NCBI RefSeq assembly: GCF_009914755.1
Contig: NC_060929.1
Strand: one strand, 5' to 3'
Source: the human T2T-CHM13v2.0 reference genome, Homo sapiens
Length of the DNA stretch: 64,000 nt
Of the stretch, positions 1 to 11,639 are shown piece by piece. The notes beneath the pieces are model-generated. The model was given only the letters and a program-made list of their open reading frames with translations. It searched no databases and had not been told where the DNA came from. Numbering within the stretch: the stretch's first letter is position 1; the number at the start of each line of letters is the position of its first letter. The position numbers were made by a program, and so were the translations under genes.

Positions 1-414
1 ATAACTTGCTTTACTAACCATAAAAAATATTTTTATTTGAAGAGGATTCTGCTGATAATGTTGCTATTCCAGAGTCTTACAGAGGTTACTGACAAACCTG
101 TTCCATGATTAGCCAGTGTTTGCCAGTAATTCTTGCCATTTAGCCACCGACTTTTTTCTTTTGAAGGTGCATGATGATCTTTACTCTGAGTCCTTATCTT
201 TGACTGCTATCCAACAAGTCACTCCTATTGCCTGTCTAGCAAAAGGTCTAAACCACTCAAAGTTGTATTTTTAAACATTTTTTTACAATAGTTCTACTAT
301 CTGTGCTTAAATAATATTGAGTTTATCTTATGAAAATTTTCAGAAAATGTTGCCATCAGAATTCCTCCAGTGTATATTTATATGTTCAAATATTCAAACA
401 GCTTGAATTAAGAA

Positions 415-515
415 TGGTCTGGAAGTCCTCTAATTTGATTTGCTCCTTTTGTAGATAGGGCACTTATGATACAGGGAAATAAAGTGATTTGTCCAATGCC
501 ATGTGGTTTATTAAC
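415..515 (-). mobile_element. Degraded MIR-family SINE fragment
   Basis: tttgtagataggg...aaagtgatttgtccaatgcca resembles the reverse complement of the MIR core. Confidence 0.5.
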
Positions 516-534
516 AAATAGCAACAAGAACACA

Positions 535-660
535 ACAATAAAAACTATGAGACAGTATCTATGCGATGCTTATCAAGTTTCAAGCAGCATGCTAAATTCT
601 ATAAGTGAATTATCTCTTTTAATTCTTACAACAAATCTATGAGGTAGGTACTATCACTTC
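535..660 (-). mobile_element. MIR SINE 3' part
   Basis: tttaattcttacaacaaatctatgaggtaggtactat is the reverse complement of MIR ATAGTACCTACCTCATAGGGTTGTTGTGAGGATTAAA. Confidence 0.75.
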
Positions 661-1624
661 CCTTGTCTGATTCCCCACTCTGAGAGTCTGAGAGTTCTTT
701 ACACCAATCTATAAATCTCTTGTTGAGTCAAGGAATGATGATATCCTTAGTGTTGATGTTAATCTTTTTACAAAAGTAAATGATAGAACGTTAAGGATAA
801 TAAATGTTTGTTTTTGCCATTTTAAATATCAGTTATGTGGTAGCCATATTATAATTTGGACTCAGTTATTTTCTTAACTTTATCCTGGTGTTATTTTGTT
901 ACCGACCTCTGACCAATGTGATTTGTTTTCTATTTTAGTCATAAATTTGTAACCTAAGCTTGACAGTAAAAGCCAGTGGCTTCCATTAAATAATTCTGAG
1001 AAAATCAATGATTACATTTTTTATTTTCTGAAATCTGGCTGGTATATGTTAATCCAGAGGTCTTTGCAGAATATGTAAAATGACCTGTTTCATGAGCTTG
1101 TAATATAAATGAGGTCATTTCTATTTTTAGTACCAAAATTAATCTCTAGAGCCCTCCCATGCCCATCAGCAGGAGCTCAAGTATCTCTCTTGGGACTCTT
1201 CAAACTCCCTGAATATTTCCAGAACTCTGGAGACTTTATCATCCTAAGGGGCCAGTTCTGTTTCACACTTTGGGGAAATAAATAGAAAATCTGATCAATT
1301 TAATAGAAGGAAGTTCCCCAATTTCTGTTGCAATCACTGTTCTCAGCCACATTTGTCATTGTAGAATTCTAGTGGACACACACATTGGGATATGAAATTC
1401 ATCTGCTGCTCTGATGATGCCACTACCATCCTGGCAATACTTTCTCAGGATCTAAAGGGCAGGAAGTTTATTTCCGAAATTTTTCCTTATACCACTATGA
1501 TACTAAGGGCCAGTTCTCAAATCACTCCTACCTTACCGAATCTCTGCACTGGGAGTAAAACACCACTGTGTCAGTATGGTAGGAAAAAGGGGCCTCAAGC
1601 TTGGGCTCCCACAATGTTGTAGTG

Positions 1625-1840
1625 CCAACATAGATAGACAGCAGAGTCAAACTGCATCAGGTAATTTATGCCTCAGCTACTTAATGGCTGTGTGACCTTG
1701 GTCAAGTCATTTATCCTCTCAGTTTTCCTATGGTAAAATGTATATCTTAAAATGCCTACTTCATAGTTGTTTCGAGATGATCTGTGTAAGGTACACAGAA
1801 AAATCCTTGACACAATACTATTATTATTTTATTACTATTA
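1625..1840 (+). mobile_element. MIR SINE
   Basis: Core gctgtgtgaccttggtcaagtcatttatcctctcagttttcc, then gcctacttcatagttgtt and a tattatt tail. Confidence 0.8.
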
Positions 1841-1997
1841 AATAATGCTCATTGTCTGAAAGCACACCCAGTATTGGGAGTGGCTAGTAGCTTGAGAAAA
1901 ACTCCCGACTGCCTTTGCTCTCCAACCCAAGGCCATATAAGTTTTGGGACAGAAATCAGTCACCACTTCAGGCACTCTATGTTGTTTGTTCCTACTG

Positions 1998-2196
1998 AGA
2001 TGCCTCTGGGAAATCTCTCCTACCTGTGGACCACTGCTGTCTAACCATCAAAATCTGTTAAAAATGATGAGCTTCTATTAAACCTCGAAAGGAACATGGT
2101 GAAGTTCTTGCTCTCTTCTCAAAAGGTTCCTTGACCATTGTACAAATGTTTCCACCTTCTTCCCAGTGATAAACACTACCTATTAAGCAGGCATTC
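1998..2196 (-). repeat. Copy A of a diverged ~200-bp local duplication; exon-like core 2024-2179
   Basis: Shares TCCTACCTGTGGACC, GGTGAAG, GTTCCTTGACC, TACAAAT and ACTACCT in order with 4078-4276. Minus strand reads cttaatag|GTAGTG...CCACAG|gtagga. Confidence 0.8.
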
Positions 2197-3394
2197 AGAA
2201 GGACAATTTTTACCCAAAAAGGAAATCGTGTATACCCTTCCAGGGCAATTGATCCATACTTGCTTCATATTTATAATAGAAAAGGAGACATTAGAAAGAC
2301 ATTCTAGAATCAAAAAAGAAACTCCTCCAAGGCAATTTTCCCTTTACACCAAGATAAAGAAGTGGCTAGTGACTCATACAATACAGACTCTTGCTTTTTT
2401 TCTTAAATAGTTTTATCTAAATTAGGTGTCATATCCCCATACCTAATTGCATAGGTTTTCTTTCTTATATAAGAACTCATGGGTGTATCTAAAGGAAATC
2501 AGATGGAATGGACAATAGTGTATTAAAAGCAACATAAATAAATTTTTAATATAAGCAGAAAAAGTTGTGCTTCCTTAAAATCATACATATATTCACTCAG
2601 CTGTTGCTAATTCAGAGAAGGATTGATTAAAATTTTCCCAGCTAGTAAATAATTCCCAAAAGCTGTTTGCAAAGTTACATTACTGGTAACCTAACCACAT
2701 CCTATGAAAAAATAAAATTCCCTCAACATCACACCCTTCATCCTGCCTGCATCTCCTACTAATGCACCTAACATGAGGCCTGTTCATCCAGTAAATATTT
2801 AATCCACTCTATTTATTATATGCTTTTAATCTGCCTTTATAGTATATCCATTCATTCCCAGTGAGTTCTCTGTATTGTCTCTTAAATAAAAAGGACAAAG
2901 GTTATAAAAACTCTATATAAATATCATACACTTCACATGCTCATATTAAGAACTAGAAAGTGTTGATTTGTACTTTATACCAATCTCAGAAAACATCATA
3001 AATTGTAGAACGAAAAAGTATTTATAAAAACAATGTTTCTGTTTTTTGAAGGAACTGGAGAAAAAAATGTATCACACTTTTTTTTAGAGGAGAAAAAATA
3101 GTCAGATTAATAAAACCATTAGAATTCATTTAGAGTGTGCATGAGTTGAGATTTTCTGCACTCAGAATCTAGGGCTCTCTCATCTAGTTATTTGAGAAGT
3201 GATTGTTGTTGGTTTATAAAGTATGCTGTGGTCAGTACATTACTTTTAAAGGAGAAACCACATGATCCTTAAGTGTGAAAAGTAGATGTGCATTACTTAT
3301 AGTATTTGCTTATGACACAACAAAGCATCAACATTACTTTAGCTGTCTTTGTAATGTGCTGCTATGATGCCATCAAGAGAACCAAACTTTGGTA

Positions 3395-3808
3395 GCTCAA
3401 GTTCATGGATACCCTATTATAATGCCATTATGGTAGGAAAATGATTTTAGTGCAAGTTAATGGAAACCACATTACACTGGTAAGCAATTTTATTGTAAGT
3501 CTATGAAGACCACATTATGATGGTCAAACAATTTCCCTGTAAGTCTGTGGAGACTGCATTAATAATGCCATTATAAGAGCAAAACAATTTCAAATAAACT
3601 CTATGGGGACTCATTTCACTGTCATGATGGTGGCAAAATGATTTCAGTATATGTTTATGGAGAACCCTTTACAATGCCATTATGACAGCATTACAATAGT
3701 AAAAAGAAATTATCGGGAGTCCATTATAATGCCATTATAATTCCATTACATTGGTAAAAAGAATTCAGAGTAGTTCTACAGCAACACCGCTACAATGGTA
3801 ACAATTAG
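3395..3808. repeat. Degenerate minisatellite, about 8 units of ~43-65 bp
   Basis: Units recur as AAGTCTATGGAGAC-(CCATTATAATG-like)n-ATGGTAAAAYAATTTCAGTGT. Confidence 0.8.
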
Positions 3809-4077
3809 GTCATAGAAAATATTAGGGGGCATGACATTTAAAAAGGAAAAAACAGATCTAGGTTTGGAAAGATCAGATTAATGTCCAGAAAGAAATCACA
3901 TCTATTCACAAAGTTTTACCTTACTGGGCTCATGTAATTTTATAAAAACTCCTTTGCCTCTAGATTATCCAGTTTGTCACCATACCTGGAAGTATTTGTG
4001 ATTTAAATTAAACATTAAATCCTTCCTCTAAAAGGTCAGTTATTTTTATTGCTTCTAATATGTTGCCACCTCAAATA

Positions 4078-4276
4078 TGGCGCCCCTGGAGACTCTATCC
4101 TACCTGTGGACCTCTGTTGTCTAGGTCTTTGTACATTAGAGAAAAATGAATATTCATCCTCAATAGGGAAGAGGTGAAGATCTTGATCTCTTTATTTCCA
4201 AAATGTTCCTTGACCTCTATACAAATTTGCTCTACCTCTCCTAGGTGATCAATACTACCTTTTACATGGGTATTCA
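4078..4276 (-). repeat. Copy B of the diverged local duplication; exon-like core 4104-4258
   Basis: Paralogous to 1998-2196. Minus strand reads gtaaaag|GTAGTA...CCACAG|gtagga. One frame is open across the core (ORF 4095..4289). Confidence 0.8.
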
Positions 4277-4448
4277 TTAACAAATTCATAGTTGACTAGT
4301 GTTAAAGAAGGTTTTGCTACTGCCATCAGTCATTTCATTTCATGAAGATGAATCTATTATATCATTACTATAGATTATATCCCTATATTCATCCAGCTGA
4401 TTGATAAGCATGGGCTATTGATAAGAATGTAATGTTTATAAGAATAAG

Positions 4449-4858
4449 CCTGTGAATAATTGCCTTACACAGTAAAAGAAACTTTGCAGATGTGATTAAA
4501 TTAAGGATGCTGAGATTGGGGGGATTACCCTTGATTATCTGTGTGCTCCCAATATTATCACAAGAATTCTTATAAGTGGGAGGCAGGAGAATTGACAAAG
4601 AAGGCTATGTAAAGACAAGCAGAGACTGGTATGATGAAACAGTAAACCAAAGAATGCTGGTGGTCTCTGGAAGTTATGAGAGTTGGGAAATTGATTTTTC
4701 TTCTGGAATCCTCCAGAAAGGACCAGTTCTGCTGATTTTAGCCCCATAAGACTGATTCTAAATGTCTTACCTCTACTGAGATAGGAGAATAAATCTGTGC
4801 TGTTTTAGGCCACTAACTTTTTAGTAATTTGTTAAAGCAGCAATAGGGAGCTAACACA
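4449..4858 (+). mobile_element. MaLR LTR, MLT1D-like, 5'-truncated
   Basis: ctttgcagatgtgattaaattaaggat...gattatct; aataaatctgtgctgttttaggccactaa...gcagcaataggg.gctaacaca 3' end. Confidence 0.85.
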
Positions 4859-5329
4859 TTCAGTAAAATAGATTTTTTAATCTGCTGTGAAATAAGCAAA
4901 TTCAAAAAGTTTGTTCTATTAAAAAGACCGGAGTTATCATCTATGTTCAACTTTTACAACATGGAGAATGTAATAATATATTTTTATATCATCCATTTGT
5001 TTGCATATCTATCAGCATTGTAGAATATATTTTAAGGAGAACCATTTAGTTTTTTCCACCCTTATTGTGCTGTTCCTTTTGATTCAAGTACGTAATTCTT
5101 CAAACAAGACATTTGGAAAAAGAAGAAACACCAAAAACTTTGAAAACACACAGACTGATACTGACATCAGGAAACTTATGAAACTTAGATGAATATTTTA
5201 AACTAACGGTATCTCTAGAAATATCTCATTCTTTCTACAAATGTTTGTTCTTTCTTTCCTGGCAAGGCAGAGAATACATGCATATGGAGATATTTCAGGG
5301 GCTATGAAAAGAAGAAAAAAAATACAGAG

Positions 5330-5742
5330 GGTCAGTCACCCAGTGTGGGATGAGGAAAGTGCAAAATTGGCATGGTGTGCAAAAACAAATCACGCTCAGC
5401 ATGGGTCACCATGCTCATTTACATTCCCTCACCTTCTTTGCAGTTAGGCTGGGGACATAGAAGTGAGTTCTGGCAGACGAAAATGTGAGTGGAAATTTTG
5501 TGTCACTTCTTATTCAGGACATTTAGGAGCTAGTGTCCCTCCTACTCTCTTTGTCTGCTACAACCAATTTGAAAATTGTATGATGATAAGGGGACATAAA
5601 AAAAAGCCTCAATCCTTGAATTGTTAAGTGGAAAATAGCCTTCTGCTAAACTATGTTGCATAACTTTTATTGTATTAAGCTACAAAGATTTTGAGTCTTG
5701 TATGATTTGGTAGTTAGTATTAATTAACTGAACTGATAACAT
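5330..5742 (+). mobile_element. Old MaLR LTR (MLT1I/J-like)
   Basis: ttctttgcagttagg...gagttctggc...aatgtgagtggaa...tgtgtcacttc; acttttattgtattaagc. Confidence 0.6.
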
Positions 5743-6045
5743 ACACGGAGTAAAAAATTTGAAAATTCCCACCCAACATTATTTTTATATTTGGAATTAA
5801 CCCCAATTTTTCCAAATGTTACAGTATCTCTTCTGCTACCCCTCACCCAAAATGCATGTATCTTTTAGTTTTCATGCCAACATAGAAGAGCAGGCCACAG
5901 GAGACATGACTAAGAGAGATGACTCTTCAAAAGGATGTTTGAAACTCGGTAGAAAAACTGGAATCCTGGAATAGCATCATTTCAGGGAGAGTGTTACATA
6001 TCGAAACATATTTTGTCACTGCTGTTTAATTTGTTTTCTTCACAG

Positions 6046-6091
6046 AGAGGTGGAGTCAGATTTGAGAGGCAGAAGAAAGTTTCAGAGCAAG
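6046..6091 (+). other. Candidate 46-nt internal exon (unassigned, probably non-coding if real)
   Basis: Acceptor tttaatttgttttcttcacag|, donor AAG|gtaagt, purine-rich GAAGAA body. Confidence 0.35.
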
Positions 6092-6276
6092 GTAAGTTTG
6101 GAAGGTCTAACATCAATGTTATTTACACAGGGAAGAGAAGTGAATCTAGTTTAATGCAATTATGGGAGCTGAATTAAGCCAAAGCAACAAGTATTCCAAA
6201 GAAAGATTCATTTTAAGACACTTCAGTGAACTTCGGGCTCCATCATAAAGACTCATGCTTTACCGGTATTCAAGGG

Positions 6277-6690
6277 TGTGCTGGCATGAATGTAAGCCAC
6301 TAAGCTCTCCCTTCAAGAGAATCTTCTGTGGGGTGACTTATCCACCTGTAGTACCTTGAGATCCACTGTGTCCTTCCTATTGAGGCCATCTTTCTCCTAA
6401 CACAATCATGGCAGAAAGAATGAGCATAGTGGGAGTTCTTGAGCCAGGACATTCTTGCCAGTGCTAGACTCTAATAAGCAGCTTTTGCTGGGGAACTTCT
6501 TATCACTCTGGCCAAGACTTTCTCAGAACTGCTCTCAGTCTACAAGTTCTCCTTTCTCCCCATTCTCTTTTCACAAGCTTTATACCCGCATTGTGCTAGA
6601 ATACAAGTCTTGCCTTCTTCTGCTCCCTACTACTTAAGCTTCAGAGATTTTCTCTTATCATCAAGGCTTCTTGAGAGTCCTGAACCTACA
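6277..6690 (+). mobile_element. 5' LTR, LTR16C-like
   Basis: ctctcccttcaagagaatc...tggccaagactttctcagaactgc...ttcttgagagtcctgaacctaca. Confidence 0.75.
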
Positions 6691-7282
6691 CCAGTGCTAC
6701 TGGAAGTTGTGGCTGGGACTGGTTCCCTTACCACCCAGAGAGCAATGAGGACACTCACCCTGAGTAGAATGTGAAGCATGGCTAACGCTTGGCACAAACT
6801 GGTTGCCAAACTGCTAAAAATTTCACCATTGCTGATGTTGGGAAAGTGTACTAAGAGAGAGAAGGCCCCTTTCTGAAGTGATTATTCAGGTATTCGAGAG
6901 ATATAGGGGAGAAAAATTCTTAATAGGGGAGCAGAACTCGCCAGTTATTACCAAGCATTATTGATTCCTTTCATAAGAATAATGGGACATGGTTAAACAG
7001 TTAAAGTATTAGAACCAGAGGTACTTTTTTCGTAGCTTAATAGAGTTACAGAACTCCGAATGTGTTTAAATGCTCAGCCAAGGCAACAGGACTCTTGTGA
7101 TAAATTCTTATTAGGAAAACCTGGGATCTTAAAACAACATTTAAGGACTTCTGCATATATGTGTCCTCCACGGATTCTGACTGTGCAACTCCCTACCCCC
7201 TGAAATCTCAGAGCTTACAGAGGTATACCATTCCTCCCTACTATAAGCTAAATTTTCTCCCATAAGGAAAGATCTTGCTTAG

Positions 7283-7645
7283 TGTATTAGTCTGTACTCA
7301 TGCTGCTTATAAAGACATTTTGGAAACTTGGTAATTTATAAGGAAAAAGAGATTTACTGGACTCACAGTTTCACATGGCTGGGGAGGCCTCACAATCATG
7401 GCAGAAAGTAGAGGAGGAGCAAAGGCACAGCTTACATGGCGGCAGGCAAGTGTGTGTGCAGGGAAACTGCCCTTTATAAAACCACCAGATCTAATGAGAT
7501 TTACTCACTATCACGAGAATAGCATGGGAAAAAACCCATTGCCATGATTCAAGTACCTCCCACTGGTCTCTCCCACGACACATGGGGGTTATGGGAGCTA
7601 CAATCCAAGATGAGATATGGGTGGGGACACAGGCAAACCATAACA
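7283..7645 (-). mobile_element. THE1B/C solo LTR nested in the provirus
   Basis: tgtattagtctg...ggacacaggcaaaccataaca; perfect 5-bp TSD CTTAG (7278-7282, 7646-7650). Confidence 0.95.
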
Positions 7646-8275
7646 CTTAGGATTCTTCCTCATATAGTAACAGTTGGCCCTCTTGGGAGCAGCCCCCATA
7701 TAGTCTCATCACTGCCAATCTGAGTAGCTGGGTGAAATCCTAGCATAGCCTGGCTGAGGATATGCCAAGCCTTTTAAAAAGGTAAGATACCAAACCCCAA
7801 AGAGCCTAAGAATTAGCTAGGATGTATTAGCAGGAGCCAAAGAAGTACTCCTTAGGGTTGGATTCTAAGGGTTCTTGATAAAAAAGATTCAAAATGAAAG
7901 ACTAGATAAGCAACAATTCAATAGTTTAGAGCCCCTTGGGATTTGGGATTCAACTCCCTAGGGAAAGACCCTAGGGTACGGGTGGCTTGTAAAATCCTGA
8001 AGAAGAGGTGGCTATTGCTGAACAAACTCCTGCCTGTGTTTCTCCTGATAGATAGCAGGGGAAAGATTAACAGGCTAAGGAAAGTGATTAGGCTGGAATG
8101 GGTACATTTTGTGAGGTCAGAATACCTAACAGAAGATTATTCTGTGGAGAGGCTTAGAGAACACACCATTCACCATGGTCAACATGAATGTATTTTTGAG
8201 AGTGTATTCTGTGATCATAATACAGCTGCATTCAGTGGTGGCTCTCCCCACAGGTCAAGGGTGATGGTGGGAGAG

Positions 8276-8547
8276 TATTATAAGCTGAAGTGTGTCTCAC
8301 CCCACAAAAATATGCTAAATTCCTAACCCCCAGTACCTCAAAATGTGAGCTTATTTGGAAATTGGGTGTTTATAGAGGTGATCAAGTGAAAATGAGGTCA
8401 TGAGGAAGGGCCCTAATACAATATGACTGCAAACTACCAGAAGCTAGAAAGAGCCAAGGAAGGAATTCCCTGTAAGTTTCAGAGGGAGCCTGACCCTGCT
8501 TCCCAATTTGGGGTACTTTGTTATACAAGCCCCAGGAAACTAATTCA
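8276..8547 (+). mobile_element. MLT1B/C solo LTR with internal deletions, nested in the provirus
   Basis: cctaacccccagtacctcaaaatgtgagcttatttggaaat...ccccaggaaactaattca; TSD GAGAG (8271-8275, 8548-8552). Confidence 0.85.
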
Positions 8548-9329
8548 GAGAGGCATTCATAGAGCTGGGCTTAATAGCCATGGTGGTGATGGTTCCCTTA
8601 AGTAATAGAGACCATGTGGCAGGACTTATATGCCAGAAGCTAGGGGACTGGAATTTCCATCAGTAATCACCAGTATCAAAGGGGCAGTCAAGGGAGTTCA
8701 ACCTTTAGGGACTCGTAGAGCTGGTTGATAAAGCATGGGATCCTTTGAAGCAAATGAGATGTGCAGCCAATGAAGGCACTGCTTAACATCTGAAATCAGA
8801 ATAAGATGAGAGGAGTAGGAGACCTCACAAAAAAAGTTACAATTACATGCCCAGTTCCTAACCTAAGCCAAATTTCAGATCTGGAATTTATTGACTAGAA
8901 AGGTATCAGGCTTCCAGGATAATGCACATGCAACCCAACTGCAAATATATGTCCGCAGTCTTTCTCCAAAGGGATCTATGGCCATTAACTTAGGTGAGTA
9001 TAAACTGGAGAAAGATGACTAGCCAGGCATTTTGAAGCTTATTGGATATTGTCACCCATAGGCCCAAGGCGTCATCATAGCCCACTGAGGTAATCAATGG
9101 AGTCCAGAACATGGACTGGCTTCAAATGGATCCACTGAGGTTACAAATGCAGCTGGTAGGCATTTCCTTGGTTTCCAAGTGCCTTATTGCAAATTGGCAT
9201 ATTTGACAGTTGGAGTAATCCCCATATGAAGTCCTGGTCTATGCGGTGAGAGCTACTATAGTGGGGAAGGCTTAGTACAAACCTCTGAAACTTACCCCCA
9301 CACACTCCATCCAAGCTAGTTTGTAAAAA

Positions 9330-9960
9330 ATACCTATCCTGGGCTAGGTGCTGTACTTATTGCTACTATTAAAGGCCTAAAGGTATAGGGATAGTGGTTC
9401 CTAATTTACACCTTTTAATGTGCCAGTCTGGCCTCTATAGAAACTAGATAGGAACTCCAAAATTACAAGGGACTTGCACAAGATCTACCAATTTGTAGGC
9501 TGATTGTAGCTGTTGTGCTGGACAGGGTATCATTGTAGAATAGATTAAAAATGTATTGGATATTATGCTATAATAGATTTGACAAATGCATTTTTTTTTC
9601 TCACCAGAAATGAGAGTCAGAAACAGTTCACATTCACACAGACGGGATGGCAATATTCATTTACAGTTTTGCTCCAGTGTTAACTCTCTCATTTTCTGTC
9701 CTAATATAGTCTGAGGAGGTCTGCACCATCTGGACACTGGCCAACACCATACTGATCTGTTACATCAACGAAACAGACTGACTGGGAAAAATGGGCAAAA
9801 GGTGGCTAACATGAGGGAGAGACCTCAGTAACACAGGAAAGTTCCAGAGGGTGGAAGATAGGCCCTTCAATAATTAGGAGACCTGCAACTTCAGTGACAT
9901 CCTTGGGGATCTTGGGGGCATGTCAAGTATCCCTTAAAAATAAAAGACAAATTGCTCCAT
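9330..9960 (+). pseudogene. ERV-L reverse transcriptase remnant
   Basis: Interrupted motifs PFNVPVWPL, YAIIDLTNAFF, ESQKQFTF, QYSFTVL and a degenerate YIDD box (tacatcaacgaa, YINE). Confidence 0.8.
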
Positions 9961-10753
9961 ATTGCATCTCTACCAGCAAAGGGAAGCATGGCTCCTGGTA
10001 GGCCTTTGTGGATTTTGGAGGCCACACATTCCACACCTAGTTACACAGCTTGGCCCATGTACTGAATGGCATAGGGGTTGCCAGCAGGAAAGGGCTCTTC
10101 AGCAACTCCAGACTGTAGTGTGAGCTGCTTTGTCACTTGGAATTACAATCCTGTAGACCTATGGTGTTGCAAGTATCTGCAATGGGGAAAGATACAATTT
10201 GAGGATTATGGCAAGCTGCAGTGCAAGAATCCCAAAGCAAGCCCTTGGGATTCAGGAGCAAGCCTATACCATCAGCAGTAAAGAAATACACACTTTTTGG
10301 AAAATATTTTCTGATATATTATTTGTCCTTGGTATAGATCAGTTGGTTAAATACGAGGCACCAAGTGACCACGCATATCACACTGCTGGTTTCTTTTGGA
10401 CCTACCAAGCTTACCGTCAGACAGGTCGAGCAGAAATTCACCGTGAATTGGAAATGGTACATCTGAGATCAAGCCCAGGCAGGACAGAAGGTACAAGTAA
10501 GTTGCATGAACAATTTGTCTCAATTCACATGACACCCACTACTGTTGCACCAATACCTTTCTTGAGCTCATATGTAAGGCCATATGGAGGACATGTTTGA
10601 TCAATAGAAGAAGGACAAAAAAAGTCTAAGTTTAGTCTATGGATGGGATAGCTTGGTATCAGGGTGCAAGCCAAGTGATTGGCAGTTGCTTTCCTGCCAC
10701 AATCATGGGTGGCCTAGACAGACAGTGGAAAGGAAGCATCTTCTCAATGGGTG

Positions 10754-11125
10754 TCTTGTGATTACCCCACCAAAGTGAAATGCAGACCTGATTCAGAATT
10801 AGGTTTGAATGTAGAAACTGGTGATGTAATACACATGGAAAGTGTGTGAAATTTTTATTATTCAAATAATGAAGCTTTCTAGGGAGAGCAGGAAAGACTT
10901 CCAAGCAGGTCTGAAAATGGATTGAGAAAGCAGGGACTGCAACAAGGATTCTTGCATGTAGACCAGGTCTTACATGGTTTGAACTTCCCACCAGCACAAG
11001 GGAAGCACCATTTGGATTTGTTCTTCAGCCTGCCCAGGTGTGAGGTGAAAGCGCAAGAGGGAGTGGTGATACTTAAAGGATGTCAGCAGTAGAACATCAA
11101 AAATGGTATCAGCCTCTTTATTACA
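10754..11125 (-). mobile_element. Solo LTR, LTR47-like, inserted in the RNase H region
   Basis: Minus strand starts TGTAATAAAGAGGCTGATACCATTTTTGATG. It interrupts the RNase H SSQW motif. Near-TSD GGGTG/GAGTG. Confidence 0.7.
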
Positions 11126-11639
11126 GAGTGGGAGATAAGTGGTACATTTGATTATCTACTTTGTGTGAAAAAATAAATGCCCTATGATGGTGAGGCAATG
11201 GCCAGTGGCCTTGCCAGATGTTCAAGGTTGACACAGAAGGAAAAGGATTTGAAAATTGGACAAGGAAGAAGAGGTATAAACATGTGAATAGATACACGGA
11301 AGTAGACGTGACTGGGAATTTTTTTATACAAACATGAACACCTCCCCACCAAAACAAAAACAGAAACAAATTACAAAACAATACAAAAAGATAACCACAG
11401 AAAAGGCACAGAACAACCAGGTAAACAAAACAAGCCATCTAATTGACATAGCCTTGGTCACTGGTCACACTGAAACTGCCTCAATGGATAAATGAATTGA
11501 GTCGCTATGGTAGTAGAGATGAAAGTACACACGAGCCCAACAGTATGAAATCCTACTGACCAAGGTTGATCTAGCTGCTGACCCTGAATGTCCAACAGAG
11601 ACCAATACTGAGTCTCAAAAATGTCAATATTTTTTGAGG

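Noticed and set aside
3395-3808. CRISPR-like repeat-spacer array
   Set aside because: Primate DNA, no cas genes, repeats are degenerate and the intervening parts are related to each other
7943-10600. ORFs of 127 aa and 133 aa as host genes
   Set aside because: Decayed ERV gag/pol fragments; the first reads through into the MLT1 LTR
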